Shown here in pieces: positions 12,166 through 26,779 of a stretch of DNA of 64,000 bases. A program made the translations under genes and the position numbers. The notes under the pieces are model-generated. The model was given only the letters and a program-made list of their open reading frames with translations, ran no database searches and was not told the origin of the DNA. The DNA comes from Octopus sinensis (Eukaryota): assembly GCF_006345805.1 (NCBI RefSeq), contig NC_043003.1:74152001-74216000 (forward strand), read 5' to 3'. Numbering within the stretch: position 1 is the first letter of the stretch; every line of letters begins with the position of its first letter.

Positions 12166-13869
12166 TATATTTGACAATAACATAGACGCGCAGGATTCAC
12201 TGCACAGAGTAACATTTTATGTTTTGTGAGACTATCTTTCATATAGAAATATGACAAACAGCAGAATGCAAATACACTGTAGGCGTAGGCTCTGCTCATT
12301 TTTATTGAACGACTAACTGCAAATTGCTGGCCATGTGAGAAAATCTACTCAACTTTACCTGTAAAACGAGTAGTATAGCAGGGCGGTAAATTTCATTAGT
12401 GAGAGAGGACGTGAATGAAGCTCAGGTATGGAATACGAGATGTGCTATATTACGTATCACACGCGACTTAGTTGGCAATGTCCTAGGAACAACAACCACT
12501 GAAACCACAGGTAATTGTGTAAATGTGTGATATGGAGAGTTAGTTGTACCCATTTGTTGTGAATTATTTTGAGCCTTCGAGATATAAAAGATAAATATAT
12601 GTGTTATCTGATTAAATAAAAGCACTCAAACAAAAACATGCGCAGTTTACAGCCGTGAAAATCTAAGATAACAGCCAGGGGGCACGATACATGGTGAGTA
12701 AACAGCAGTATGACTATGAAGATATTTCTCACGTGCTCAGAAAAACTGCAAACAAGTATGACTTTTGATAATACCACATGGATGCGAAGCTGCAATAAAC
12801 AGGCCGGATATCATTGATAATTTCCCATTACACCTTTTTTGAACATGTGTTTTGTGGATTAAACACCTGATGCATGTGAGTCAAGTTTTTGATGAAACGA
12901 GAAATTTTGGATGAGAATTAATATATAAGAAAGAGGACATTATTTTTTCGAGTGTTATTAAAGTGGTACTACACGGTGGACTTGAGCTAGGGGACAGGGC
13001 GAACATTTGAGTATCTAACTTCAGCATTCTGGAAACGGCATGCATCTAAATGTGTAGTCACCTGTGCGTTGTAGAGTGTCCGAGTATATATATATGTTAA
13101 AATGAATGTGTTTACTCGTTTGAAGAAAAAAGACAATAGTGTGGAAAACCAAAGGAAAGTATGCTAAAAGAAAGACATGCAAAGTGGTCAAACAAAAGAG
13201 CAGGACATATATAGAAAGCAATTTCTACTGATTGTCCGATTTTTACACAACCTAAATACATTGTCCGTTCCCGATCGGAAACGGAAGTTGTGGCGTGTTT
13301 ATGGGATATATTATATGTAATTTTCAGAGTAGAATGAAGTGGGAGAAAATTGGTTTTGCATCTAGACATAAAATACCTATTGTGGATATTATTCATAAAT
13401 GCCTCTTTCTATCACACTTGAATGATAGCAAATACATGAATAGGTTCTAAAAGTAAGCTGTGTATATGCTGTATACAAACAATATTTACAAACGTTAAGA
13501 AAAAAATGGTACATGGACATTCAATGATTAATACGAGCATGTATATTTAGTAGCATACGCGAGACTTGATCGTGACAAAGGTTGTTAATCTGGTGTTTGC
13601 AGTATTTAATGCTGGTGTGATGTTAGTGAGTTAATGGGTCAGAGCAGATGCGTATACCTGAAAACTGGCCATTTAATTCTCTGCAACATTTGTGCTGTAG
13701 CGACTATTGTAATAATTGAGGCCTTCGGATCTTGGAGAAAAAACAAGAGAAGAAAACTTTGGTGAGATTGTATTTTTCTCGAAACGTAGATAGCGAATAC
13801 TAAAGGTAACTTCTTTTGTATGTATTTTTAAGTTAAACGGATTAATAGAAATATATTTCATTAAAGAAT

Positions 13870-15430
13870 GCGCCAACATTTTCCGAATGTTTTGATGTTG
13901 CTCAAATAAACAACTGCTTATACAAGTAAAATACGGCTGTCTGATTATTTTGTAGGATCATTGTATACACAGAGTAAGGCCACGAATATTTAGTAGGCAT
14001 GGAATATGTTATATGCTATAATGATAGAAATGATGACAGAAGCTTTAATGGAAAATTCATTAACGACATAGAAGATAGTAGTAATATTAGTAGTACGTCT
14101 TCTGAAATCGATTATGAATGGCGTCTTGGAATGACAAATAATGCAAATAGTAGAAATAATCATAATAATGATGTTGGTGATGATATTAGTGTTTATAATG
14201 ATTATCAGGGTGGTAATAATAGTGTTAATTGTAGTGATAATGGTAATAAAAATATTAGTAAAAATAAAAATAGAAATAAGAATGATGTTGATAGTAAGAA
14301 TAACAATAGAATAAATATACCGGAAAATAGTACGAACGATGGTCAAAATGATATGGTGGATCGTAGTAATGGGAGGAGGCATGGTTTCGGAGTGATTAGT
14401 AATACGAGACTCTGTAGCAGTTTGAAGAAATGTAATTGTAGGGACCAATCAGTATGTCCGATTAGCGGAAATTGTCGTCAGGAAAATGTAGTGTTGAGGC
14501 TCAAGGAGGCCAGAGAAAAATATATATTGGAAGCACAGTAGACTTTAAGCAGAGGTACCGATCCCACCTGAACTCTTTCAACAATCCTAAATATAGGACC
14601 TCTACAACTTTGGCATTACATGTTAATGACCTTAAGGAAAGGAATGTTGAATTTAAAATATTATGGACTATCTTTGCGCATACCTCCCCTTGTAGAATTG
14701 GGTCGACTAGATGCGGTTTATGCATAAGAGAAGCATATACTATATTGAAAAATTACAACAACGCAGTGTTAAATAAGTTCACTGATGCAATACCAGCGTG
14801 TGCGCATAGGATCCACTCGACGTTCCATAAGACATTTAGAAATAGAAAGAGCAATAAAAGTTAGAGCTAAGCATAAGCAATAACAATTTGAATTAAATTT
14901 AGTAAGCATAGTAAGTAGTAAATGAAATAAAACTAAAGTAATGTAATTATTAAAATAAAAAACTGTTAAAAGAAATATAGCTATTAGTATAAAATGCGTC
15001 ATGGTTTGAACCCGAATATGTGGATTTGCATGTATGTGGGGATTTAAAAGATTGAAATAAGATAAAATAAAATAAAATAAGTGCATAAGTGAAATGGTGC
15101 AGATGGCGCTGCGTGCATACCACTTACAATGGCTGCTGATTCGAATTATATGCGTAAAAAGTAGCATTCAGGATAGGAGAAAAGTTTCTGGGAGTAAGTA
15201 ACGTCTCGGTTCTCAATATGGCCAGTATGTGATTGTGTATTTGTTTACGTTTACTATGTGTTGTATGTATAGGACATGCTGATAAGAGGAGTGCCAATTT
15301 TAAGTATATGATATGTCCAATAATATTAATTGGCGCGTCTCCGAAACGGCCCGTAGATGGACTTCTGTGTATCTTTGTAAACTTATATTTTTGTAAACCT
15401 GTATAATTATTATCTTCTATGTACATTTCG
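13870..15430 (+). mobile_element. 5'-truncated PLE with Cys-rich GIY-YIG (CNCx5Cx5C linker, CxxC and CxH C-terminus; resembles the Hydra-type PLE endonuclease)
   Basis: ORFs 13999-14541 (..KKCNCRDQSVCPISGNCRQENVV) and 14472-14864 (KIYIGSTVDFKQRYRSHLNSF..CGLCIREAYTIL..CAH) overlap by a frameshift; A/T-rich 3' tail; HHR-like motif at 15271-15364. Confidence 0.8.
15271..15364 (+). ncRNA. Degenerate type I hammerhead-like motif at the PLE 3' end
   Basis: CTGATAAGA; stem II GGAG-TGCCAATT/AATTGGCG-CTCC; GAAA; stem III ACGG-C-CCGT; GUA site at 15353-15355. Stem I only partly paired. Confidence 0.5.
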
Positions 15431-15734
15431 CTAGAATGTTAATCCATCTTTTAATAGGCCTTGTATGCTTTATTTTTATTTATTATTATTATATTTATTT
15501 CTCTTATTGTAACAAATTTATACTAAATGTTTTAAGCGTAAATTCAAGGTGTTATATACAAAATTTATATTTTTATATGACATATTTATATATTACAAAA
15601 TTTTTAAATGTCGGGCTTTATAGATATGAATGAGTATATGAAGATCTGTATGTGTTTGGTCATTCTGTGGATTTTCTGATGTTCCTGTGGTTGTTGCTCG
15701 CATTGCCTCCCCTCAAATAAAATGTGTATATATA

Positions 15735-15772
<38 letters not shown>

Positions 15773-15899
15773 GGATATGTATACATACGCAGACAAACAC
15801 GTGTGTATGTATACTACTTGAATAAATATTATCTTGCATTCAGATTATCTGTTTCGTCCATGGGTTCTTAAAAGGTACGTTCCTATTTTACTTGACCCT

Positions 15900-16560
15900 A
15901 TATATTTTACATGACCCACGCTCTCATCTAACGCCCATTTTGCTAGTATAGAATTGGAATCATTAGTTATTTACACCAACTTCTTTAACCTTCCAGTCTC
16001 TTTACAAACTAATTCAATGAAACCCCTAATCTCCTTGATTTTGTCGCACCATAGAAACCTAAAATTTACGATCGCTGCACCATTGCAACTACATGGCACT
16101 CAATCACATACTACTGAAAACCTACTTACCGCTCCAGCATTTGGTACTTCAAATTAGGCTATTGGTCAAATCTCTGTTAGCTTTATGCCGTTTCTTCCTC
16201 GCAGAGAACTCGTTTTACTCTTGAGCTATATGATACATCTAGCTGGGTACTTGCACTGCAGCTGCTCTGTAGAAACACGGACTCTTCAACATCTAAAGAT
16301 TTTTACCTACTCACCAAATTTTTGTTGCTTTCATCAATTATTCCCTCTCTTTTCCATTATGATGAACCCATACGAAATACTCACTTATAAGAAAGTTTGC
16401 AGCTTCACTGCTTTATCTGCATCCAACTTGAAAATACACAAACCTGGATGACTTATTTCAAATCCATCGTATTCTCTACATGCGACTCACTACCCCAAAT
16501 TAAACACACACACCAAGTGAAATAAAGCCTTCAGTTGCTTCAAGCAAATGTGGCCATGAG
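15900..16560 (-). mobile_element. Possible highly degraded R4/Dong LINE 3' fragment
   Basis: Minus-strand traces GFISLxxCV, KIW..LK..AA.Q and RDWKVKEVGV..IPI resemble the post-RT/RLE region seen in the better copies; many stops. Confidence 0.35.
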
Positions 16561-17121
16561 CTCTGCCAACTGTTCCATTACTCTGAAATATTGTTTATAA
16601 TAATTTCCTCCAAAGTGTGCCAATTTTCAGTGAATTGTAATCTGGCTAAGACAATTGTCGAAAGAACGAATAAACGAAAGAACGAACAGGCCAACGAACG
16701 GAAGAACGGACACAACATATGAAAGATAGTGAGTAATTCCGTCTTGTTGAAGAGACGACAAGCTGTTAAATCATTTCGACAGAACATAAACGATCATTGA
16801 AATCATTCATGCATAAAGTGAGTCCTGTAAGTAGAAGCCAGACACGTAATGCGAGATTGAGACACATAATTGTAACAACACGAAATATTACAGATTATAT
16901 CAAAAAACTAATTACGTAGTATCATTAATAAGTGGGAGAGTGAATGAAATCTGATACTGCTCTATTTTTATCTATAATGACACTGAGAAAATGGTTACGG
17001 GTGTGTTCTTTGATTCGTTTTGCTATAGAGAGCTCTGCTTCAATACATTTAAATGAAAGCATGCATGTCGTATATACATATATATGCATATGAGCAGAAA
17101 TACGTATGTGCACATATACAA

Positions 17122-17286
<165 letters not shown>

Positions 17287-17480
17287 GGCGCAAGAAAGTC
17301 TGTGTGGTTCAGTTCCACTGCGTGAAACTTTGGGATAGTGTCTGCTGTAGCCTCGGACTGACCAAAGCCATGTGAGTGGATTTGGTAGCCGGAATGTGAA
17401 AGGAGTCTGTCGTATATATATATGTGTGTCTGTGTGTGTATGTATGCTTATATGTACGCATGTATATATGTGTATGTATA
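17287..17480 (+). mobile_element. SINE 5' half
   Basis: GGCGCAAG..GGTTCAGTTCCACTGCG..CCAAAGCCATGTGAGTGGATTTGGTAG. Confidence 0.75.
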
Positions 17481-17499
17481 CATTTATGTATGTATGGAA

Positions 17500-17990
17500 G
17501 ACGATAGGAATCCAGTGCATAAACGTAGAATGAGGTTCAAGCATTGTCAAAATTTCTCTGACAGAAACAGGCATTTCAGTTGTTGATTGGAAGAGAGAGT
17601 CACAAGACCGAGACAGATAGAGGTAAAGATAGCACAGTCGTTGTTCGCGCTGTGAGGGAGAGAAAATGAAATACGAGAAGATTAAGATATGGCTTGGAAG
17701 TAATGAACCTGGGGGAGAATCGAGGAGTATTGCTTCTTGCTTGTGTGGTTCGTGGGAGGAGGTGCTTGAGTCGTGCGGGCTGGTCAACCATCAGAAAACT
17801 CATACGAATCGACACATGGTAAAGTGTGCTATGGCTATTCTTCACAACAGAACATGTGCAACATCGGTTCTAACTGTAGCAACAGCTTCTTCTGCCATCC
17901 AGCACAGCGGTGGGTTGTATAATAAAATTTGCAAAACTTACGCCGGGCTCAAGAGACATACATGGTCAGCATTGACTCATTTCAAGGATC
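17500..17990 (+). mobile_element. RTE-clade LINE 3' fragment with two C2H2-like motifs
   Basis: [27 protein letters not shown] matches the RTE C-terminal W..A.DR..WR region; then [17 protein letters not shown] and ICKTYAGLKRH. Confidence 0.6.
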
Positions 17991-18849
17991 TTCTCTTGCA
18001 ATGGTTTTCGACGTTTTTTTTTTATTACCTGTACCTATATATGCATGTATATATACATATATATGTAGGTATGTACCTATATGTATGGATATATGCATTA
18101 ATTGATATATCATTTATATAATTATATGATCGAACGGCACGCATCCATGTAAGTTTTTATCTTTATAATTCCGATGTGCACTCTATCCCTCTCTATTCTT
18201 TTTTTATGTATTTCTCTCTTGTTCTTCTTCCTTTTTGTTTTTCCGCTCCCACCCTTCCCCTATTCTTCTGTTCTTCTCTTCCCCGTTCCCTCCCTCACTC
18301 TTTCTCATTGACTCTCTCGTTGGTCATACGCGACCAACGGCTATCGATCTTTCTTTCATCCACTTCCTTCCTAAAGACAAAGACGTGCTTTTACCTGTGT
18401 CTTCTCAAAGCTCATTTTCCCAGCGTCCACCACTTCACATCGTCTTAGCTTAACAGCCATCACCGTTTGTGTCTATTGTTTTGTTCTTACTGTCCTGTTT
18501 GTTTTTTGTTACCACTTGTTACTACTGTCTTATTTTTTGTTAACTTCTTCAAAAAACCTAAATTTTACTTGGTTTGCTTTGCGGGAAGGATTATTTTAAC
18601 GAAGTCGCGTCTTGTCCCTACCTTCGAAACGTGGAGTAGATAAAACAGGGGACAACAGAAGAAGGGAATGTTCTTCGTTAACTATCTCGATTCTCTGTTT
18701 CTTTCGTTATTGGAAAAAAAAGTTCGGTTTCTGTATTTGTTTTTGATGTTCTCGTTTCTCATTTCGTTGACGTTTTTCAATGCCCTCTATACATATATAC
18801 TTGTATATATACAGATGTATGTAGCTATGTACATACATGTACGTATATA

Positions 18850-18907
<58 letters not shown>

Positions 18908-19076
18908 TATGCCTATACATATACAAACACACCCACACACACACATACAGACATACATATAAATTAATAATCTACATGCATATATATATATATATATATA
19001 TATATACGCGTGTCTGTCTCTGTCTATCTCTCGTTCTCTATCTCTCATTCTCTATCTCTCGTTGTCTCTCTCTCTC

Positions 19077-19113
<37 letters not shown>

Positions 19114-20989
19114 GTGTGGGAGAGTGAAGTAAGAAATATGAGAGTTAATGATAGATACATGTAACTTCAGTAATTAACATATTGTCGGAGCGTCAGTTTA
19201 CCACTCATGCATATTACATGTGTTGAAAGCAATCTTCTGGTGCACTAGCAGGTTTTTTGGAAGATGAAAGTCGATTAACAATGAATTATTTAATGTCAGT
19301 TTCACTATACGTGAGTTTCATTATTAGCTTATGCACTTTATCTCGTATTGTCATCAATCACTGTTTGAGAATACTGAAAACTGTTCTCTCAACTATGTTT
19401 TTGAGTTCATTCCACTAAACAAATCGTTAAATGTAGTTAAAAGAGCGAACAACTAGAATACATTTCATGTGTCTTGCTAGGTCATTCAGAGCAATTGCAA
19501 GTTTTCACTGAATCCTCTATGCCATTAATACTATATGATATATGTTCTTACATTCCATACAAATCTGTGTACTGTTTCATTATATTCTCACATCAGATGA
19601 TAAAGGAAGCGTGATTACTGTCCGTAAGGATACAAGCCTCTATTGCATTATTGACATTTTTATGTACCAGTGGCTAATAAACTGAAATGCCCATAGCGCA
19701 ATACAATTATACCTAAAGAGATACTATGTTCATCAGTGTAAGCTGTGAGAGCATTGAAGGAGATTAACGAGAACTTGCTCGTATTTCTGCACTGAACAAA
19801 AACGCATACCATGAAATATATCGATTTTGAACTAAATCTATCCATCAATAAAAATACAATTGACGGGAAATATTCCTTTTGCACTCCGCTAGGTGCAAAT
19901 GGACGCAGTGTTCGCATTTAGTTAGAAAAGAAGGAAGACAATCAAGAACAATACGAACGGTTTTGTGAATTCTGTATTGAATAACGCAGTAAGAAATCAG
20001 TTGCAACAATACTGTAGGCTGTTATGCATTTCTCTCCACATTCTTAAGAGCAGAAACAGATCCATTAAATCGTAAACATATCAATGTCTTTTCAGAAATG
20101 AGAGATTAGATACTTAAAATTATACAAGCTTTCCACAAAAAGAGAGCAGATTTTCATGTCTGGAATAATTAGGGCTAAACAATGAGAACAAAAGCAGTAA
20201 TAGTGAGATACCTTAGGAAAACAAAATCGTTAGCAGAATTAATCAAAAGTGTAGACTGCTGCAATACTATTAGAAAACAAAAACAGTGAAATATATAAAT
20301 ACGTAAACACATAAAGATGCGCGCACAGCAACTTCAGTTGCTTGATATTCTGACACATGAATAAATGATTAATGTCTAGAGCAATGCCTGGAAACCGAAA
20401 ACATTAATCTATCTATAAGGCCTCATATTAAAAACGGCAAAAATAAAACTAAACAAAAAAAAGATTTATAACGTGTTGCAGAATATTAGCGTTTGCAGAA
20501 TAAAATATCTATAGCCTGACTTTTCTGCAAACAGCGTTAGAGGGAAGCAACTCCTTTCTGAAGTGGCTATACTATGAAGGAAATCGTGAATAACATTAAT
20601 GTTCTTCAAAGAAGTTAGACACCTGCTGCAATTACTTTAACAGTAAACAATAGAAGCATTTGCCTTAAAATTTACTAAAAACAAAGATTGAGAATTAGTA
20701 AAATTTTGCTGTTTGTTTGTGATCCCTCGGAATTTGCCGATGAAATATATTCATATATCAATCCAGTTCCTCCTTTCTTAATAATCATTCTAGGTTTTAC
20801 GAATACACCAAAAAATTTTCTTACAAAATAAAAACAATCTAGGATTTCCGTGGAAAGTTTGGATGCAAATATATCCAAGCTAAGAGCATCAAAACAATAA
20901 CACTATTTCAAAATTGTTATGGAACTACCTTTTAAGAAGTGCATTTATCTACTTAATATTTCAATGCATTTAATACTGATAGATGTGTA

Positions 20990-21020
20990 TACATGTATCG
21001 TAGTGTATATTATATATATA

Positions 21021-21094
<74 letters not shown>

Positions 21095-21100
21095 ATATGT
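20990..21100. repeat. (AT)n microsatellite
   Basis: TA run. Confidence 0.95.
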
Positions 21101-21636
21101 AGTATATATATGTAGAATGAGGGAGGCTCTTAAATTGCTACCATGTTTGTTGATCGACCAAGAGGTTTATTTGTCGGTATTTTCTCTTCACTTCTCTAAA
21201 CTATTAGTCAAGTGCTGCATTGACAAGAAGTATTACAAATATATTATCACATCTATTATAGATGTGGGATCGCACGTTCCTATCTCTGAGCTAAAGTTTT
21301 ACGTTATCTATAAACGATTTTTGCTTATAACGATTAAAGATCATATGCATAGAAATTACTGGATGCTTAGTCATTTATTCCTAAACAGAAGAACTACGAC
21401 ACTTGAGAGTGTCGTATTAAATTAGCTAATAAATAAATAAATAAAATATGTTAAGCCAAGAAACTAAAATTCTTATTATTGAAACTTAATAATTAAATGA
21501 ATTACATCGAAAGTATATTGTTTATGTAGTTGATTGCTGTGACACAACTTAGCAAATGGTTAATTTTACCACGATTAAATGTGAGAGGTATGTCAACATA
21601 ATTTCTCTTGTTTACCCATATTTAGTACGCACACTT

Positions 21637-21690
<54 letters not shown>

Positions 21691-22219
21691 TCATACCTTG
21701 ACTTAATATAAATTTGGGTAATGTTTCTCTGTCTGTTATGGTTTTATGTTCTTTAATACCTCCTAGACCCTTGGTACAAAGACAACGAATCTCCAACCTG
21801 CACCTCCCCTAATTCCATGGAATTTCCTAAAGAGGTTTACTTTTTTAATTTCCGCCTAAATGGAGCCCTACTCACCCCGATATTTTTACTACATTTTAAA
21901 CTAAATACATGACATTGGCGACCAAATCAAACATATGACTATGGATTTCATACGATGTACTCCCAGAGAGTATCGAAAGGAGTTTTAGTTTCAGAAGGGC
22001 CGCTTCCGGAAGGGCCACTGACCCCACTATTTTTCCGCATTTACCTCGCCCCTACGCTTATTGATTACACTATGATCATCATCAGTCCATCGCAAATTTT
22101 CTGAAATACGTTTCAGAGCACTAGGGTAGAGCTGAACGCCTCAAAGTTGCCCTCCACAGGAGCGAGGACGAATACCGACTTGAGGGCGGGTCCAAGGCTA
22201 GAATATTATATTTTGCATT

Positions 22220-22458
22220 ACACTTTCTACTTGTTTCGGTCATTAAACTGCGATTATACTGGGGCACCAGATTGACGAATTTTAGTCGAATAAATCAACC
22301 CCACTTCTATATTTTGTAAAATCTGGTACTTAATATATCGGTCCCTTATGCGAGTGAGTTACGGGAAAGAACACATACTCAACGACATACACACACACAC
22401 ACACACTCAGTCACTCACTGACACATTTACACATTGCGTAAACACACACACACATACG

Positions 22459-22497
<39 letters not shown>

Positions 22498-22640
22498 GCA
22501 CACACTCACTACATTCACATGACTTTGGTCGACCCGTGGCTATAGTAGAAGATACTTGCCTAAGGTGCTGCATAGTGAGACTGAATCTGAAACAATGTGG
22601 TTGGGAAGCAAAAATCTTAGCAGAGATCCACGCCTTTCTG
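22220..22640 (-). mobile_element. Degraded SINE with internal (CA)n/(CT)n
   Basis: Head remnant at 22520-22640 and tail (GGTGCCCCAG..GACCGAAACAAGTAGA) at 22220-22340 on the minus strand. Confidence 0.7.
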
Positions 22641-23295
22641 CTGACAGTAATTTAAATTTAGGATAACTGGTTTCTTTTTCCGCTGGCAGGTCGTCCAAAG
22701 TAATCATAGTTGTAGAGAAGCACTTTCTCTATACAAAAGAACTACTCATCACAACCTCTATCAAAGGCTGTGCATTTGTACCATTGTTGAATTTAAATCT
22801 TAAAGCAGCTTTGAAAAAAATCAGGTTTGCATTAAATAATAGGAAATTGTTTACAATAGAGGTAGTGTTACTATGGAATTTCATCGATACATTATTTAAG
22901 ACAAAAAAAATTACGCCCACTTTTGTCATTCGATCTCACCATTATCATCATATTCCTCCCCCTCACCATCATCGTCATCATCACTAGGTATATGTGTGTG
23001 AGTGTGTGTGAATGTGTATGTACTTGTGCGTGTACATGCATGCATGCATGTGTGTATATGCCTTTGTTAGTGTGCATAAATTATAGTCATAAATATAGCA
23101 AACCCTTTTATTTTTTTGTCAAAAATTGATATAAAGAAAATTAGGAATGTGTTGGGTGCAGTGATGTAGACTCCCCCATTAAAATACGCCTCGTAATTAT
23201 TTCAAGTGAGGAAACAGAAAGTGTCAGAACCAATGACACTTCTAGCTATAACTCTGTGATCATGACACATAAAACGTGGCCCCTTCAACACGCGC

Positions 23296-23335
<40 letters not shown>

Positions 23336-23374
23336 GATTGCATGTATGCATATGTGTGCCACATGTTTCAGTAT

Positions 23375-23457
23375 CAGTTAATGGCATCTTGGACACGTAG
23401 TTTCTACTGTAGACTTGGACTGGCCAAGCCCATGTGAGTGGATTCGGTGAACAGAAA

Positions 23458-23513
<56 letters not shown>

Positions 23514-23820
23514 ATAGACAGAGGGCAGAGTGAGTCAGATCGAGAGAGAGAAATATGTACGTATGTATGCGTTGCGTGTGTGTGTGTGTATTTGTGTATA
23601 TGTATTGACGTGTGACTTTTGCACATTGTCGCTGGACGACCGGTTTTGATATGTTTACATCTGCGTAATATAGCGGTTCGGTGACAGAAAACGAAAGACA
23701 AAGTGACAGCCTTAATATAAGTGATATATAGAAGTACGATTCGTACGAACTGATATTCTTGAAGTCGGTGCCCCAGCATGGCCGCTGTTCAATGACTAAA
23801 ACTGGTAAAAATCAAATAAA
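23375..23820 (+). mobile_element. Degraded SINE
   Basis: GGCATCTTGGACACG..GCCCATGTGAGTGGATTCGG; tail GGTGCCCCAGCATGGCCGC..ATGACTAAAAC. Confidence 0.75.
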
Positions 23821-26039
23821 TCCAAATATATATTTTTGTATACAAAACACAAATAATATGAACAGCAGTTTGCAACGTTTCATCAAAAACAATTATAATT
23901 GTCGCGAAATGTGACTAGGGTCAAAACATTTTTATGCCAGTACATCTCCGTTTCTCATTCGATTATATCAAAAGTTTTGATTTTGATGTAATTTTTACGC
24001 CATTTACGAAAATTATAACTAGATTTTGAAGAAATGAACAACACAAACACTTCGAGCTTTCAGTTATAGAAATTTTTTATAGTCATAACCCATGAGATTA
24101 ACCCATTTTGCATATCCCTTTCAGCAACCATGTGAAAAGATGTCGGTTTTATGGTCGAGGTTTCTGTCGGGGATAAGACTTAGATATAGAGTTGAGAGTT
24201 AGGGTTTAGGATCAGTGTAACGATGTATGATTTATAGTTTAGGTTGAAAGTCAAAGTTAAGTTTTAACGTTAGGTTCATATTGAAGAAATACGTTTTTGG
24301 TTAGTATTAAAACTAAAGTTTAAGCTTAGACTGAATTTTATGAGCAGGGTTTTGAATGTTTAAAGATACGTTTTATCAATAGGTTTATTGTTGGAGTTTA
24401 TATTTTATTGTTGGAGCTTTTTGTTGGATTTTATAATATTATATATTATTATATGTTATAAGTCCATCAAAAAATGGACTTCAAATGAAAATTTGTTCGT
24501 TTCATTTTCTGTCATTAAATATTATTCATCTTTAAAAAATATTTTTAGTTTCCATTCCTACCAGAGAATATGTCAGGCTGAAATGTCATATAGAAAACAA
24601 GTCTGAAACGATATATACAACATAAGACTTAAACGCTTTCTTCTTAATTTCTCCAATTTTAGGATTGATACAAATAGTGCCCATCTATAAAAAAAAAAAC
24701 TTATCAATAGAATTGCAAAATGCATTTCAAACAGATAAGATTCTGAGTTTCTTAATAATAACCTTTACGGCTAAATTAGGTTGGAATAGTACTGTTTTAA
24801 TCTGTTCAAATAATCGTTAGCATAATTCCTACCGACATATTCCGAGGAAATTACTTGCCGTTTCGTTATTTAAATCCTTTATGATCTAGCTGACTTCTAT
24901 ATTTATAATCTTATATTTCAGTCTCATTTTTGTTTCCTTGGGTTACATTAACTTTTGGCAACATGAAAGACTATGATATAATTTTTCTAAATTTTCTTTA
25001 TTTGAGCTTATTTCTTCTATCATGAATCACTGGAATAAAGTAGATGCATAGCAATATTGTAATCATTGCATATATTATTGTATTCATTCTAGTGATTATT
25101 GATATCTGAATCTGTTTACAGTATGCCAACCCTAGCCATATTGGATTTTCATAATACTGTTGATATTAATAACATTTTGCATCTTTCGTTTTGAAGATAT
25201 TAATAGGTTCATGTGAAGACATTATGTGAATTTATATTATTTATGTATTTAAAGTCTAAATTATTTATATATTTAGAATTTTTCATTTTCAAATTTTGTA
25301 TTATCAAATATTGCTTTAGGATGGTAGATTGGTAGATAGAATGTCAAACAAAATTCATTGCAGCACATACTTAGGGCTCTTCGTATCTACAGCTGAAATC
25401 CAATTGAGCTCGATTTAATCTCATTGTCTTCCCATTATAAATACAAAGTATCGATATAATCGAGTGTTCCATCCACCAAAATATTTCCGGCCATGACCCC
25501 ATATAATAATCAATATTCAATATTTAACACATGTATTTTTATTTAAAATCTCACATCCTCTCCGCAATCAGGTTTTCGCTTCTATTGGCTAGTATTCCGA
25601 AAGGAAGTTAAATTTGATCAGTATTGTTATTTGAAATTGTATACAATCTTTTTTGTTATAATTCCTTCATGCTCCTTGCTATTAACAACAATAACTTCTT
25701 AATTTACATATCTGCTGCTATTATTTTTGTTTACTGTGTATAAGTTTATTCTTTTATGTTTAAGTTTCATAATGGAACTTTCCCAGATTCGTTGGTCTGA
25801 TGGAATGCAAAGTTACATATATTTCTATTCTATAGACATTAGACTTTTCATTTCGAGAGACCTACATTTTGTTACTTTGAGGCTGCACATGAACACAAAT
25901 ACATATACATTCACGTTTAAACCTACGCACCTGTACTTATGAACGCACACACACACACACATACACACACCTATACCCACAGGCATACGCACACATACAG
26001 ATATATCCGATTCCTCCACCTCGCACATCTTCCAAAACC

Positions 26040-26720
26040 TACCCGTTCTATCCTTCGAACGAATCTTTAACTTGCGTGACTTCCTGGTCCAAAATTTCTT
26101 CCTAACCCCACCTCCGATCTTAGATCCTTCCACTGCTCCCACCCACAGTGCTGCACCTGCCCCTACCTTTCAAACACCACCATCCACACACGCATCTATC
26201 ATCGTCTATATGTCACCACCGACTCTTTTACTTGCAGTTCTAGTAACGTTATTTACTGCATCATCTGCTCTGACTGTCCTTCCCTGTACATCCGTCAAAC
26301 GGGACGCCGCTCGGCTGACCGGCTCGCGGAGTACTTCCGAGACATCAGACACTGAAATAACAACCCAGTCTCGTGCCATTTCCGCTCTCCCTGACATTCA
26401 CTATAACATCTGTCTGTGTTCGGACTCTTTCACCGGAGCCATTCGGACACCCGCCTTTGGTGTGAACAGGAATTAATCTTCTCTATTCACTCCTTTGCGC
26501 CACATGGCTTACTTCACCTCTTCTATTCATCTGACACCAAACTCACCTCCTCATTTCATTTGATACCAACTCCAAATCGATGCACACACACTAGAACTGA
26601 CCACTTATACTTTATCTATTTTGTATATTATATTAATAATTTTTATGTTTATTTTTATGTTTTGGATTATGTTTTTCACTGTTTGATTTGCTTAATAGTG
26701 GTTTTATCTCTAATTTAATT
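26040..26720 (+). mobile_element. Neptune-type PLE GIY-YIG 3' fragment
   Basis: DSFTCSSSNVIYCIICSDCPSLYIRQTGRRSADRLAEYFRDIRH* (~26222-26353) and CEQELIFSIHSFAPHGL; T-rich tail. Confidence 0.85.
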
Positions 26721-26779
26721 TATATATATAAATCTATTGCCATTGTCAACTGATACCTTACTTGAATCTATGTATAGTA

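Noticed and set aside
13270-13296. Tandem ETS-like motifs CGGAAACGGAAGT
   Set aside because: Promoter-like, but no supporting exon or direction could be established
18595-18645. TTAACGAAG..CTTCGAAACGTG ribozyme-like remnant
   Set aside because: Core is not CUGA, position 17 is G, no stem I, and no PLE ORF identified next to it
22060-22120. Minus-strand GAAACGTA..CTGATGA (type II HHR order)
   Set aside because: Stems I and II do not pair
24180-24330. Degenerate TTAGGG-like repeats
   Set aside because: Too divergent and short to call an interstitial telomere or to assign to an element
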